64,000 nucleotides of DNA from Methanobacteriota archaeon (GCA_963719035.1 CAVRAO010000002.1:736001-800000); one strand, 5' to 3'; positions 1 to 12,158 are shown, counted from the stretch's first letter. Notes: a model not told the origin generated them from the letters alone. Numbers and translations are program-made.

Positions 1-1127
1 GCGGGCGACACCCCAAATTGACGTCGCCATTTGTCACCAAAAATTCGTGCGTAGATAGACAGTATTTCTTCGAAGTTTCGTTGAGGCTCAATTGATTTCA
101 ATTCTTCTTTGTACCTCGCGTAATTATCCAACGCATCGTGAACCTTTGCGGTTAGGTCATCAATGTTCCTACTCTTAAACAGTATTACGCCTTGCGGTCG
201 TGGTACCGCATCGCTAGCTACGGTGGGCACTTTGAAATAAAGGGCTTCGCGAACCGATATGGCATCGCCGTCCGTGTTGGTTGGTCGCAGGAACAAATCG
301 CCTTGCATAAGGAATACATAAAAGTTGTATGAATGCGTAACAAACAGGAAATTGTCTTGTAAGTTGCTCGCAGCTATTTTGTTCTGCAAGCCAGTTAGAT
401 AGTCGTCGTGCGTGACGTTTGATATACAAAAAACAAGTCCCAGCTTGGGGTAGGTCTGGCGGAGATTAGAACATAGATCAACACACAAGTCCATGCCGTA
501 CAGATCTTCATCATTATGGAAGTCGACAGCGTACGCGTTTGCCGTTAGTACAGGTGTCCTCTTACGCATGAAGTCGCGGATATCTTGTGGAATCTCCACG
601 CTGTCCTCGATCCGTGGCACCGGTGGGAAGAACGCGGGGACGATTGACATTTTTTCTGCATCAACGTGTAGTTTTTGCAAATTCTGCTGTACAAGCGGGC
701 CGACGGCGATATAGTGATACACGCCGACGAGGCTTGTTCTGAGCAACAGCTTGCGAAGCGTATCGAAGCGATTGACCTCAATTCCTGCTGTGCCGTGAAC
801 GGTGATGAGGAGCTTATTTCGAGTTAGTGCACTTAGTAACGAGGCTGCAGCAATACTGATCGCGTTCCTGACATCAAGCGTTGAAACGTGAATGTGAACA
901 GCACACTTGTACCTTATGAAGACCCGCAGCCATTTGTGGATCGCCCGGATGCTGATAACATTCTCGCTGGTTTGTGGTTTTGACTGCACAGCAAGAACAG
1001 TACATTTGATACCTTTAGCGAGCAACAGTTCTCGGAGCCTGTAGACGTGAACAGACACGCCTCCAAAGGGCGGGGGGTACCGTCCCACAAGAATAACACG
1101 TTCAAGCCTTTTTGCTTTTTGAGTCAT
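1..1127 (-). CDS. GT4-like glycosyltransferase, frameshifted, runs off the window start
   Basis: Manual translation from ATG 1127 gives MTQKAKRLERVILVGRYPPPFGGVSVHVYRL. The C-terminal part reads PTNTDGDAISVREALYFKVP...FKSRNIDDL. Several indels break the frame. Confidence 0.7.
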   Translation of the reverse strand, partial: MTQKAKRLERVILVGRYPPPFGGVSVHVYRLRELLLAKGIKCTVLAVQSKPQTSENVISIRAIHKWLRVFIRYKCAVHIHVSTLDVRNAISIAAASLLSALTRNKLLITVHGTAGIEVNRFDTLRKLLLRTSLVGVYHYIAVGPLVQQNLQKLHVDAEKMSIVPAFFPPVPRIEDSVEIPQDIRDFMRKRTPVLTANAYAVDFHNDEDLYGMDLCVDLCSNLRQTYPKLGLVFCISNVTHDDYLTGLQNKIAASNLQDNFLFVTHSYNFYVFLMQGDLFLRPTNTDGDAISVREALYFKVPTVASDAVPRPQGVILFKSRNIDDLTAKVHDALDNYARYKEELKSIEPQRNFEEILSIYARIFGDKWRRQFGVSP

Positions 1128-1321
1128 TAACCTCCGACCACACGGGTGGTGTCAAATTTTCTCACGCCAGCACGAAGGGTAGAACATTCGTAGAGATTGT
1201 TGTCTTCATCGAATCTTTCAGTTCGACGTTTGAGAGAGGGTAAACTGCGCTGTAACTGTGCGGTTTCTCGACCACATCTCCGCAATGCATATTATCCCCC
1301 CACCAAATATTTTTTCTCGCG

Positions 1322-3058
1322 CTACTCTGCAGAAGCTTGTACGTTCATAGCAGGCATGACGTTTTTTTGCCATTCCGCGTAAGCAAAACGTCTAAAATCC
1401 CCGCCGATCCACTCTTCAATAGGCAAATCAAATCCAGCTTTCGATCTATTTACGATGCTGCGGGGCAGGTATCGTTTAGCCACACTCTTAAGCAACGGCT
1501 TGGTGTCAAACAGGGTAACTTTATATTTTAACGGGAGATTTATCGCTAAGTCAAGAAGTCTGTTATCTAAGTACGGCACTCGCATTTCCAAGCCTACACC
1601 CATCGCCATTCTATCGGTTCGGCGCAATATCGAGGATAAGTGGTAGCTCACATCTTTCAGAATGTACGTGAGCGTTTCTTTCTCGAGGCTGTTGTCCAAA
1701 AAAGCAAGAGCCTGAGAAAAACGGGATTTCAAGGCGGAACGACTTTTCGCCCACGGAAGCATATAGTAGTCCTCAATGATCTTATCCCCATCTTCCAGGA
1801 CGCACCTCACAAAGTCATCGTTACCTATGAGCCCATATACACTGGACTTTAGGAGAGGTTCGTACCGATCCGGGATACTGTTGATGAGGGGGGACAGCGC
1901 ATTTTTCAGCCACATCCTCACATAATAGTATCTGTACCGCCGGTACCCGCCAAACAGTTCATCGGCCCCTTCACCGCTTAGCAAAACGCTAAATCCTTCC
2001 TCCTTAGCTCTTTTGCTGATCAGGTAAATACCGACGGAATTGGGATGGACCAGCGGAAGATCTTCAAGGCGAATGCATCGGGTGACGTTGTCCGTGTACT
2101 TTGTTTCGTCTAGCTCCTCAATCACCAAGTTCAATCCCAATTCTCGCGCTATTTGTTTCGCATATTTGGATTCATCGAGCGATCCCTTTACCTGCACGTG
2201 GAAAACTGTCAGATCGTCAACATATTGACGCGCTATAGCGGTTACCAAGGAGGAATCAACTCCCCCAGAACATATCGTCCCGATCGGCGCGTCCGAAACG
2301 AGCTGATCCGCAATTACTTCATTCAATAAATGATCGAGCTTGTCGACTAATTCTGTATCGAATTTGTACGCTGTGTATGCAGTCCTAGATACGGCATTAC
2401 AGGGATCGTAATACCTTTCTATTTCGATGCGTTTAGAGTTCAAGTCCCATTTCAGAAAACTTGCGGGCTGGAGCGGTTTTAGTTCTTTGAAGAACCCTTC
2501 AGCTTCGACGTTTTTTGTCAACTGGTATTCTAGGACTGACTCAGTATCCAGCGAGAGAGGCAACTCAGTAACGGCGCGAAATGCTTTCAGTTCCGATGAA
2601 AAAACGAGTTTACCACCATCATAATAATAAAACAGCGGTTTAATGCCGAGCCTATCCCGGGCGAGGTAAAGGCATCCGTCAACGGAATCGTATAACGAAA
2701 AGGCAAAAATGCCATTGAAGTATTTTACACATTCGATACCGTCCCGTTCATAGCATTGAATGACAACCTCGGTATCGGTATCTGAGACAAACTGACGCCC
2801 CTCTTTCTGCAAGTCGGTTCTGAGCTTTTTAAAATTGTAGATTTCTCCGTTATAGGCCGCCCATATCGTTCCACTTTGATTTGACATCGGCATCTTTCCC
2901 CTTTCTGACAGGTCAAGTATTGCCAACCGGACGCTGCCTAGTGAAACAGCCGAGTTTACGAAAGTGCCATCGTCGTCGGGGCCTCTGTGTTTTATGCGCC
3001 GGTTCATCTCCTCAATGAGCTGACGGTCTGACCAACTGAATCCATTTATCCCGCACAT
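1322..3058 (-). CDS. asnB: Asparagine synthase (glutamine-hydrolysing) family amidotransferase, probably glycan-associated
   Basis: N-terminal MCGI; motifs HRGPDD, RLAILDLS, NGEIYN, ARDRLGIKPLFY, SGGVDSS, SGEGADELFGGY, LEMRVPYLD. Confidence 0.93.
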   Translation of the reverse strand: MCGINGFSWSDRQLIEEMNRRIKHRGPDDDGTFVNSAVSLGSVRLAILDLSERGKMPMSNQSGTIWAAYNGEIYNFKKLRTDLQKEGRQFVSDTDTEVVIQCYERDGIECVKYFNGIFAFSLYDSVDGCLYLARDRLGIKPLFYYYDGGKLVFSSELKAFRAVTELPLSLDTESVLEYQLTKNVEAEGFFKELKPLQPASFLKWDLNSKRIEIERYYDPCNAVSRTAYTAYKFDTELVDKLDHLLNEVIADQLVSDAPIGTICSGGVDSSLVTAIARQYVDDLTVFHVQVKGSLDESKYAKQIARELGLNLVIEELDETKYTDNVTRCIRLEDLPLVHPNSVGIYLISKRAKEEGFSVLLSGEGADELFGGYRRYRYYYVRMWLKNALSPLINSIPDRYEPLLKSSVYGLIGNDDFVRCVLEDGDKIIEDYYMLPWAKSRSALKSRFSQALAFLDNSLEKETLTYILKDVSYHLSSILRRTDRMAMGVGLEMRVPYLDNRLLDLAINLPLKYKVTLFDTKPLLKSVAKRYLPRSIVNRSKAGFDLPIEEWIGGDFRRFAYAEWQKNVMPAMNVQASAE

Positions 3059-3395
3059 ATTCAGAGCAATTTAAAACTAATGAGGGTTCTTTTCCTTGAG
3101 CGCAAACTGTACTGAGCTTTCTACGGGTTTTACCTATTAAAATATAATGGGGCGTTGCTGCGCGTTCCCGTGCAGGCTTCGAAGGGATCGCTGTTCTGAT
3201 GAAACCTCTACGAGTTCATTCGTGCACTCAATCGAACATCAACGACATATCGCTCAGCGCCTGTGGCAGGTCTGTTAATATCCACCCTCAAGCTTCTACG
3301 TTTCAATCTCAACTTCCTATTAAGTACTAATGGTATTGGATACGATGGCGCCAGAGCAAACTGCAGATTCGTTGGAGTTGGAGCGCGAAGAACGC

Positions 3396-4772
3396 TCATT
3401 CGCCGCGGTAACCGATCAGCTCCTCAACGGGAAGCTTTTGGACGACGAATTTGAACTTGCCGGCTGCAGTCCGACTTATGTGATCGACAAACTCTAAGTC
3501 CAATCTCATGTCACTGCCGAGCTTTTTCATAAGCTCTCGACGAATCCTCTGCGAGTCTGCTTCCGTATAATTCGCTCGTTTTACGATATTCAATATTAGC
3601 TCGCCCTCGCGATCCTGGTAGAACTGAAACTGCTCGACGTTATCGTACACATCAGAATGCATGTTAAGCGCGGTAACCGGAAAGACCCTTTTATTTTGGC
3701 CGATAATTAATTCCTGAAGCCATCTGCCCTCGACTGATTGTAACCTTTTGTAACTTCTTCCACAGGCGCAACCGTCTTCGCTGTAGGCTCCAAGATCTCC
3801 CGTTCTGTACCTGATCAAAGGAAACGCAGGGTTATTGAATCCAGTGGTCACTATTTCCCCCTGCTCATTCACATCCCGCACAACAGTGCCATTTTTGTCA
3901 ATGAGTTCAGTAATCCCATATTCGGGAAAAAGGTGATATTTCGTGCTTATTTCACATTCGCCTGCGAGCGCGCCCATTTCAGAATGGCCGTACCAGCTGA
4001 AAACCCTGCAGTTAAATTGTTGCTCGAGCAAGTCGCGTTGCCATGGGTAGATAGCCTCTGAGCCACAGAGGATCGCTTTTAACGTCGAGAAGGGTTCGAC
4101 ATCGTTTCTTTTCATGAAAGAAGCTACGATCGTTGCAACCGATGGGAACGCCCATAAGAATTTTGGTCTGAATGCCCGGATACGCGCAATGTACGTTGGT
4201 AAGGTTTCGTCATTCATGTGGTACGGCGAAAGGATCAGCCATCGACCAAAAAGAGTCGACTTCCAGTAGATTCCCCTGTCCGCCGTTTCAACGACGTTGC
4301 CTCTGAGCACTACACACTTATCGGTGAACTTGTACCCGACTCGCCCCCACAACGTTCTTATGAACGCCCATTCTTTTGCTCGTGAGGCCCCTTTCTCGTA
4401 GTAAAAGCCAAACGGTTTACCGGTCGTTCCGGCCGTCGTCACGTACTCAAATCTATGGGGGGTGTAGTTTCGGGCTTTCAAAGCTTCGACGTTGTTGCGA
4501 ACAATTTCTTTGTTCAGGAACGGAAGCTTCTCCAAATCGTCAAAATCACAAATGTCACGTGGCGTTAACCCTCGCTCACGAAATACTTTCGAATAATATG
4601 GCACGTTGTTGTAGGCGTGCGTTAAAAGCTGGTTTAACTGTCGGAGCTGGTACTCCTCGAGCTGCCCTTTGCTCTGCCACTGCGATTTTTGGAGAAGCTT
4701 GTATTTCGACCGAAAGGCCCCGTAACTAGACAGGATTCCGAGAACTTTCGATGCCGTTGGATCAGGACTCAT
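3396..4772 (-). CDS. Phenylacetate-CoA ligase / CapK-like adenylate-forming enzyme
   Basis: Motifs HAYNNVPYY, TTAGTTGKP, YGHSE, GEIVTTGFNNPAFPLIRYRTGD, CACGR, GKFKFVV. Confidence 0.85.
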   Translation of the reverse strand: MSPDPTASKVLGILSSYGAFRSKYKLLQKSQWQSKGQLEEYQLRQLNQLLTHAYNNVPYYSKVFRERGLTPRDICDFDDLEKLPFLNKEIVRNNVEALKARNYTPHRFEYVTTAGTTGKPFGFYYEKGASRAKEWAFIRTLWGRVGYKFTDKCVVLRGNVVETADRGIYWKSTLFGRWLILSPYHMNDETLPTYIARIRAFRPKFLWAFPSVATIVASFMKRNDVEPFSTLKAILCGSEAIYPWQRDLLEQQFNCRVFSWYGHSEMGALAGECEISTKYHLFPEYGITELIDKNGTVVRDVNEQGEIVTTGFNNPAFPLIRYRTGDLGAYSEDGCACGRSYKRLQSVEGRWLQELIIGQNKRVFPVTALNMHSDVYDNVEQFQFYQDREGELILNIVKRANYTEADSQRIRRELMKKLGSDMRLDLEFVDHISRTAAGKFKFVVQKLPVEELIGYRGE

Positions 4773-5836
4773 TCTGTGACCCTAGATAATCCCCGTATTT
4801 CTCATGATATCGTGCGACGACCATTTCCATAATTCTGACCGCTTCCCTGCCTTCCTCTGCGGAGACCGGCGGTGGGGAACCCTCGATAAGGCTGTCGACA
4901 AATCGTTCGATCACGAGGTTAGTACCAATGGTGTTGCGGCCAAGTCCTGCCCTCACAACATTTGCAGCCACGCTTCCGACCTCCTGAAACACGGTATTCA
5001 CTGCCGAGCGTGCAATCGGTACGTAGCGGAGCTCCTTAAGACTCTGACGAGTCACAAGCATGCGCTCCGGTGTCGATGCGCAGCATGGCTTCCGTCCCTA
5101 TGACATCGGTGAGATTGGCCCAGTAGTTGCCGGTATATGAGAGGGTGACTGAGCTGAGACCGTTCTCTCCCTCAAACTCGATTCGGAACTCGTCAAACGG
5201 CGCCCAGGGATGCTTCAAAACGTTCTTTGCATAGATGTCCACAGCGCTGATGTTCTTCAAGAAAGCCATTGACATGTACGCGATGTGCGGGCCGGTTTCC
5301 CCGATGATTCCTCCTGGAAGCTTGTGATACCAATGATCTTTAATGTCGATAAACTCATTTCGCGGTGAGGCAAGCAGTAGTCGCATGCCAGTGAATTGCC
5401 CAATATTCCCGTTAGCGACGAGCTCTTTCGCCTTCAGAAATGGAGGATGAAACACTTGGTTGTGAATCGTGCAGACATGCAGCCCTTGCTTCGCCGAAGC
5501 CCCGATCATGGCATCGCAATCAGCCGTTTTGAGGGCCATCGGCTTTTCCATAATGACGTTGCATCCGTTCTCCATTGCCTCTAAAGCGATAGGGGCATGT
5601 ATCTGCGGAGGGACACAGATGTCAACCGCGTCCAGCTCCTCGCGCGAGCACATCTCCGTGGTGCTCGTGTATGCGTTAGGTATGCTAAAGTCGCGTGCTG
5701 TTTCGCGGACGAGACTCTCGTTGAGGTCGCAGACCGCGCACAGATCGACGCGTTTATTCATCTTCTTAAACGCCGGTATGTGCCGCACTTTAGCAATGAA
5801 ACCGCACCCGATAACGCCGACTTTTACTTTTTCCAC
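4762..5836 (-). CDS. Gfo/Idh/MocA family oxidoreductase (frameshift near 5060)
   Basis: VGVIGCGFIA Rossmann motif and EKPMA motif. C-terminal PPPVSAEEGREAVRIME lies in the adjacent ORF 4762..5061. Confidence 0.85.
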
Positions 5837-5869
5837 CCCGACTCACTCCTACTGCTCTTATGAACTAAA

Positions 5870-7136
5870 CTACCCTGAGTGTTGATGTTGGCGCGGTTGG
5901 GAAACTTCGTAGGTGCTCTGATCTGTATTGAGAGGGGCTCTCTTTGATCCGGTGCACTCGTACAACTCCTGCTCAAAATCATCGACAACCGCGGCCCAGT
6001 CGTTGTTGCGAACAAATTGCCTCGCCGCTTCGCCGTGTGCGGTGATGATGACCCTCGTTAACGAGTTCCATGGCTTTCCGCAACGCGTCTTCTGGCCGGT
6101 CGATCCACAGCACGCCGTGATCGTCGCCAAATTCCCTCTGCACGCCGTGCAGTCGGGTCGCGATAACCGGTTTTCCCATCGCCATGTATTCGTACATCTT
6201 AATCGGAACGATGTCGTGCATAATTGCGTTGTCGTGCGCGGGCAGCAAGCAAATGTCGGAAGCAGCGATGAATTCGGGGATTTTTGCATATGGCTGTTTC
6301 CCAGCAAACGCCACGTAGTCTTCGAGGCCGAGCTCCGCTCGCTCGCGCTTCAGTTCCTCAAGTGCGTCGCCGTCACCAACAATGAGCAGCTTAACGCCCA
6401 GGCCCTCGCGCTTGCATTTCGCCATTTCTTTGAGCACCTCTTGCAGCCCCGAGAAATGATAGAGCCAGCCCATAAAGAAGAGAACGGTGTCCCGCTCGCT
6501 AAAGCCGTATTGCTGTCGTATAGAGGAGCCATCGACGTTTTGCCCGAAGTGTTCCGTGTCGATACCGGCTCGTATGACGTGGGTCCTTTCCGGACGCGCA
6601 CCCATTCGTATAACGTAGTCCCGCAACGCTTCATTGATGACGATAACGCTATCGGCCTCTTTAAGTGTCCTTTTTTCTATTATTTTTCCGATGGGTCTGA
6701 GCCAAGACCACGGGATCATCTCGTAGTTCGGCTCAAGGATGAGAACGACCATTGGCGTGCCCGCTTTTTTCGCCGCGCGGAGAGCTAAGTAGTTGGTAAG
6801 GAGGTACATGCCGATGACAACGTCCGGGCGGAACTCGCGCAGCTGCTCGGCGATTTCGCGGCGATACGAAAAGAGCATCGACACATAGTCCAAGATAGGG
6901 ACACGCAGGATCCGAGGACGAGTGACGGTGATGTTAGCGCCCGACACGATTTTTGAAACGTTATGAAAGACACGTCTTTTCGAGACTAACCCACTCCCGC
7001 CGTTGCTTTGCCAAAGAATATCGTGGTCAATGACTGAAAAATCGTGCCCTCGCAAGGTCAGCCGCTCGGCGACGTGATGCTGCTGGTGAACATTTCGGGC
7101 TATCCAGTCAGTGTCTTGGACGAGCAATACTTTCAT
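5870..7136 (-). CDS. GT4 glycosyltransferase (frameshift near 3' end)
   Basis: ASDICLLPA and PIKMYEYMAMGKPVIAT motifs. Confidence 0.85.
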
Positions 7137-7185
7137 TCCCGTATCCTCCCCGCAGCAGTGCTTTCAGCGAGCGAGCGCACCCATA

Positions 7186-8184
7186 TCAGAACTCAGCGCT
7201 CCGCTCAATGTCATCCCAGCGTTCAACAAACCACTCATAAACGTGCTTTAGCCCTTCATTAAACGTCGTTCGTGGTCGATACCCGAGCAGTCGCTTAGCC
7301 TTGTCAATCGACGAGACAAGCCGCGTTTTTGCATCCCAGTCCCGTCTCTGAATGTGCATTACCCCGAGCGCGTTGCCCGTGAGCCTATTGACCTCGTGTG
7401 CCATATCAATGACGCGCGTTTCCGTGCCCGAGCCGATGTTGATGGCCTCACCGATCGCTTCTTCTCTCACTCCTGCCGCCAATAGGCCATTGACGAGGTC
7501 ACCGACATACGTCCAGTCTCTCGTTTCGGTGCCATCGCCGGTAATCGGTAAGACGTTTCCGCTCATCGCCCAGTAGAAGAAGTTGGGGATGACGTTGCGG
7601 TATTTACCGGGCACCTCGCCGGGACCGTAGCTGTTGAAAAACCGCGTGTTAACGACGGGAAGTCCGTACAGATTGTGGTAGTAGTTGGTATACAGTTCCC
7701 CGATGAGCTTAGTGACTTGGTAGGGCGTGTGAAGGCTTATTGACACGTCATGCTCCTCATACGGTATCGTTGATTCCAGTCCATAGACCCCACACCCTGA
7801 CGAGGCATACACGAATCGGGAAACGTCGGTCAGGTGCGCAAACTCGAGCACCTTGAGAATTCCCATGCCGTTGACCATAAGGTCCGTTTCGGGATTGTCG
7901 ATTGAATTTTGATTAGCAAAGTGCGCGGCCAAGTGAAACACAATGTCAGGGCGGTCCTTAAAGACGAATTTAAGCTTCTCGTCGTCAAGGATGTCTCCGT
8001 GAACGAAGTGTATCTTGGGGCCGACTTGAACGTTCCACTCGTACGAGGAGGAAAGGTTGTCGAGAATGATAATCTTCTTTGTGTTCAGATCATCAAGTCG
8101 GTGGACGAGATTCCCGCCGATCGCTCCAGCGCCGCCCGTCACAAGCACCGTTTTGCCCTCGTAGTCGTCGTGCACGTCTATCAT
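7186..8184 (-). CDS. NAD-dependent nucleotide-sugar epimerase/dehydratase
   Basis: VLVTGGAGAIG, YQVTK (YxxxK), RFFNSYGPG, GDGTETRDWTYV. Confidence 0.92.
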   Translation of the reverse strand: MIDVHDDYEGKTVLVTGGAGAIGGNLVHRLDDLNTKKIIILDNLSSSYEWNVQVGPKIHFVHGDILDDEKLKFVFKDRPDIVFHLAAHFANQNSIDNPETDLMVNGMGILKVLEFAHLTDVSRFVYASSGCGVYGLESTIPYEEHDVSISLHTPYQVTKLIGELYTNYYHNLYGLPVVNTRFFNSYGPGEVPGKYRNVIPNFFYWAMSGNVLPITGDGTETRDWTYVGDLVNGLLAAGVREEAIGEAINIGSGTETRVIDMAHEVNRLTGNALGVMHIQRRDWDAKTRLVSSIDKAKRLLGYRPRTTFNEGLKHVYEWFVERWDDIERSAEF

Positions 8185-9125
8185 CTAATCACCTAATCCG
8201 TAATACCCTCGCATCCAGTCAACGGTCCTCTTAATGCCCTCCTCTGGTGGTACCCGAGGGTCATGTTTCAGATCACGCGCGGCCTTTGAGCAGTCCATAT
8301 GTTTTACCTTCGTCGTAAACGGCTCCGCCTCGTGGTAGGTGACGAGAGAATCATCTCTGCCGACGGCCTTGAGGACGAGGTCAGATACTCCTTAATTTCC
8401 TTCTCCCATTCGGGCTGCCCGCCGACGTTATAGGCCTCCCCGGGCACGAAGTTGTCACATATATTAGCAAACGTCCGGCACGAATCCTCGACGTAGTCAA
8501 TTATTCGCTTATGCCCAATATACACTTCGTATGGCTTGTCGAAGAGCGCGTGATAAATAAACTTAGGGATAAACCCCCTGTAAGGGGTGTAATGTTCATG
8601 CGGGCCATAGCAGTTGACCGGCCTCACGCGTACGATCTCAGAACCGAACATCGTTGAAGAATTCAGGCACATGAGCTCGCCCGCCCACTTCGTTATCGCA
8701 TAATCATTCATCTGATACGTCTCTCGGACAGGGTGGTCCTCCATAACGTCTTCACGCATGATGCCGTTATAATCGCCATACACTTCCGCCGAGGAGAAAA
8801 AGATCAATCGAAAGCCCTTTTGCTCCTGCATGCGCAACACGTGTTTCGTTCCGATGGCGTTCGTTGTCCACAGATTCTCATAATAATCTTCGCCGTTCCA
8901 GCGGCCATACTCGGCTGCTAAGTGATAAACATAGTCAAACGACCGGTCGTTAAAGAGCTTTTCAACCTGCCGATAGTTACGCATATCAGCTCTGACGTAA
9001 TCCTCTCTGCCGGTGTGGTACAGGTCAGCGGTTAACACCTCGTGACCACGATCTCGGAGTTCCGCAGCCAAGTTCGTACCGATAAACCCTGCTCCGCCCG
9101 TGACCAATATATCGTGCGTCTGCAT
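8185..9125 (-). CDS. NAD-dependent nucleotide-sugar epimerase/dehydratase (frameshift near 8385)
   Basis: ILVTGGAGFIG, YAITK, RPVNCYGP. The shifted C-terminus ends ...WMRGYYGLGD at a stop at 8185. Confidence 0.88.
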
Positions 9126-9289
9126 TTTTTGTTCCTCGTATCCTATCGTGCTACTTATGCTAATTCTTACGACGCACCCACGCGACAGTCACTGAGCTTC
9201 TTGATGAAGTCGTTAGCTGTTGTTCTTGTTTTCTGATTGAGCTTCAGGTTTTGTAACATAGACTTGTCTCACTTGGCGTGAATGTGTGT

Positions 9290-9450
9290 CCCTCTAACCT
9301 TATACTAGGTAATTATTGTTAAGGTATTTAAAAGTTACTAAAATTTATCAATTATTAGCATTTATGTAAAGATATAAATTAAAAGTAAAGAGTTAATTTT
9401 TATCAACTTGCTTTTAAGAAAGACACGTGTTACTTATAAAAGCGTAAATG
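9290..9450. promoter_or_regulatory. AT-rich intergenic region with TATA-like boxes between divergent gene blocks
   Basis: Very AT-rich, contains TATTTAAA, GATATAAA and TTATAAAA, and lies between the minus-strand operon and the plus-strand DUF4012 gene. Confidence 0.4.
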
Positions 9451-10150
9451 CACGTTGTAGGTAGCCTGAAATACCCTTTAGCGACGCTTTGTTGAAAATC
9501 GCCCACAGCCGTGCTTAAACATTCATAGAGTTCATGTTTACCGGAGTAGTGGAGGGCCAAGTCACCACCGCGGTGAATCGCGTTCCCCGGGTGTTCCCTT
9601 ACAATCGTCTTTGGTCGCTTGCGTTACCGGTTGCGCAGGATCCGGAGGCACGAGTGCTGGATGCACCACGGGGCTCTAGCCGAACGACCTTATGTTACGC
9701 CAACTGGATCCCGCTCGCCACAAGAGGACCCCCCACAGGTTACAACGCGTGAGCTGCGTACAAAGGGCGTGCCGACGAGCCACCATCCCACGCTCCTGCA
9801 CTCGTTAGGCGACGGACTGCTCGAACAATGAGCGCTTTTTTGGCTCGCTTGCGCATATTGCGCCACTGACTCCTGTGCCTCGATTTGAGCTTCGTGGCTC
9901 GATTTAAAGTGCGTGATGTCACTGCAGGCTTGCGTGCTTTGTCCCGCCGCTGTGCGCGTATCGCCCGATCAGAAGCCGTTGCCGAGCACTTCCCAAAGCC
10001 ACGGAAATGTGACGCTGCGGGTACGGTCACTCGTGGATAGACACATAGGAACACATTGCACAACACCGTTTGAAGCCATGCCGTGATTCCGGCGCGACGG
10101 CGTTGCCAAGTTAACATTATAACAGAGGAGTGAGCATAGCGTGAATCACC

Positions 10151-11440
10151 ATGGATGATCCTGGAAGACCACATATCGTCCGATATGTCGCGCTTGCTGC
10201 CCTTGTTCTCGTGGTAGGAGCACTCCTCTTTCCGATAGTGGGTGGCCTGAACGTCGCCGGCTTCTTAGGAGAGAAAACGTACTTGCTCATCTTGCAGGAC
10301 AACTCCGAAATAAGAGGGACCGGAGGATTAATATCGCTTATGGGCGTGCTCACCGTGAACGACGGGCACATTGTGAGCTTGAAATACTACTACAGCCATA
10401 GCAGCCCAGAGCTGCGAACGATCGTACCCGTGGACGGGCCTGAGAGCTTTACCTCGTTCTTTGACGTTGACTCGGCAACGTTATTCGATTCGAACGTTCA
10501 ATACGACTTCGCTTCGTTCGCGCCTAAGGTACAATCAGATTGGTACAACGTCACCGGACAGAAGGTCGACGGGGTCATCGGATTGGACTTCACCGCCGTT
10601 GAAGCGATCATGAACATAACGGGACCAATAACGGCGTCAAACGAAGTCATTACGAGCAGGAACGTATTCGACCGCTTGATATATGATTCAGGGACCTCGG
10701 GAGGTGGACAATCGATGGCAGATCTCCTGTCGGCGCTCACGTTCGATGTCCTCGGACTCATTCGCGACTCAAGCATTTCACAGAAACTGGCGCTGTACAC
10801 CGCTTTACAAAATCTGTCAAACGAAGGGCACTTTTTTATCTATCCTGATCCGGGGCCGTTATTACCGAGCGCTGGAGGTGAAAGCCGATCATCTGCAGCA
10901 GACTTCATCTCGGTGATCGATATAAACCTCGGCAACGGAAAATCAGATTTCGGGGTGAACAGGACCATCGACTATCACGTGCAGCTCCTTCCCGACGGTT
11001 CCGCCGTCTCAAACCTGACGCTCACGTACACCAACGGGGATTGGTGGAGTTCTGACCTTTTCACGCAAGCGCTCGTGCCCCCTGGAGCTGAGCTTATCAG
11101 CGTATATAACGATACAGACCGTTTTAGCGGCACTAAGATCACCAATGCTGATAACTTCACGGCCTTCTCGTCGCGATTCATCGTAGCGGCTCACGAGACG
11201 GCGCGCATAACGTACCTCTACAAAATGCCGGACAAAGTCACCGGAAACGGGATAGGATCGCACTACGATCTCTACGTTGTAAAACAGTCAGGCATCACTC
11301 GCTATGCCTTGAATGTCAGCGTGCAACTCCCGGCGGGAGCGACGATCATCCACGCCGAAAACCTCGGATCGAATCTGGTGTTCACAAAAGACGCGCACGT
11401 AAGCGTGGTATACACCGAGCCAGGAGCGACGATAGCATGA
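10151..11440 (+). CDS. DUF4012-like membrane-anchored protein
   Basis: N-terminal TM helix; YLLILQDNSEIRGTGGLI, VDGVIGLD and NLGNGKSD resemble DUF4012 motifs. Confidence 0.75.
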   Translation: MDDPGRPHIVRYVALAALVLVVGALLFPIVGGLNVAGFLGEKTYLLILQDNSEIRGTGGLISLMGVLTVNDGHIVSLKYYYSHSSPELRTIVPVDGPESFTSFFDVDSATLFDSNVQYDFASFAPKVQSDWYNVTGQKVDGVIGLDFTAVEAIMNITGPITASNEVITSRNVFDRLIYDSGTSGGGQSMADLLSALTFDVLGLIRDSSISQKLALYTALQNLSNEGHFFIYPDPGPLLPSAGGESRSSAADFISVIDINLGNGKSDFGVNRTIDYHVQLLPDGSAVSNLTLTYTNGDWWSSDLFTQALVPPGAELISVYNDTDRFSGTKITNADNFTAFSSRFIVAAHETARITYLYKMPDKVTGNGIGSHYDLYVVKQSGITRYALNVSVQLPAGATIIHAENLGSNLVFTKDAHVSVVYTEPGATIA

Positions 11441-12012
11441 ACAGGAAACTACTTGCGGCAGCGGCTATCGTTATTCTTGTGATTGGTGGTGCGCTAGTCG
11501 TAGGCAACGCGTTTCTTTCGACGGCCCCGGCCAGTGAGGTCACGTATACCCCGCCGCCTTCAGCGGTGCACGCGTCGTTGGGCAAGACCGCCACGAGCGG
11601 CGCGCTTGCGCTGCGCCTCAATGGTCTCAGCGATGCGTCGAATCCAGCGATGAGCGACGCGTGGATCAGATTCAACCGTGAAGCATCAGCAAGCGGAGTG
11701 TACAACCGCTCCTTGACGCCTTCGCCTGGCGACCAGTATCTTATCGCAAACGTCACCGTCACGAATGTGCAACATACTCAAATCCCCTTCACCCACGCCG
11801 CTTTCGTCCTGCTCACACCCAACAACGCCGCTTATTATGCCAACTACGCCGTATGCAGTAAGAGCTGCGCCGCGCAAGCCCTCAACAACCGTACGCTGAA
11901 CGAGAACTTTTCGAGCGATTTGTATGTGCTCTTTTCAGTTCCGGCAGGAACCCACGCCGAAAAAATCGTTTACACTGCGTCTAATCCGCCAATTGTGCTA
12001 TCTACCATCTGA
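11437..12012 (+). CDS. Secreted/anchored DUF4352-like Ig-fold protein
   Basis: Signal/TM segment; PSPGDQYLIANVTVTN...VLFSVP pattern. Confidence 0.6.
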   Translation: MNRKLLAAAAIVILVIGGALVVGNAFLSTAPASEVTYTPPPSAVHASLGKTATSGALALRLNGLSDASNPAMSDAWIRFNREASASGVYNRSLTPSPGDQYLIANVTVTNVQHTQIPFTHAAFVLLTPNNAAYYANYAVCSKSCAAQALNNRTLNENFSSDLYVLFSVPAGTHAEKIVYTASNPPIVLSTI

Positions 12013-12158
12013 AACGCGACCTAAAGCAATCTGCTCATCTAAGTAGGCTCTTAGGAAGGCACGTGCACATCAGAGACAGTGAACGTCTGCCGTGCAAGCG
12101 TTTGATTCCGACGGTCATTCGTGCATGCGCGCGTACCGCGCTTCTGTAACCCGCAGGC

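Noticed and set aside
9500-9850. SRP RNA or RNase P RNA in the intergenic region
   Set aside because: The conserved SRP helix 8 and RNase P GAGGAAAGUCC motifs were not found on either strand.
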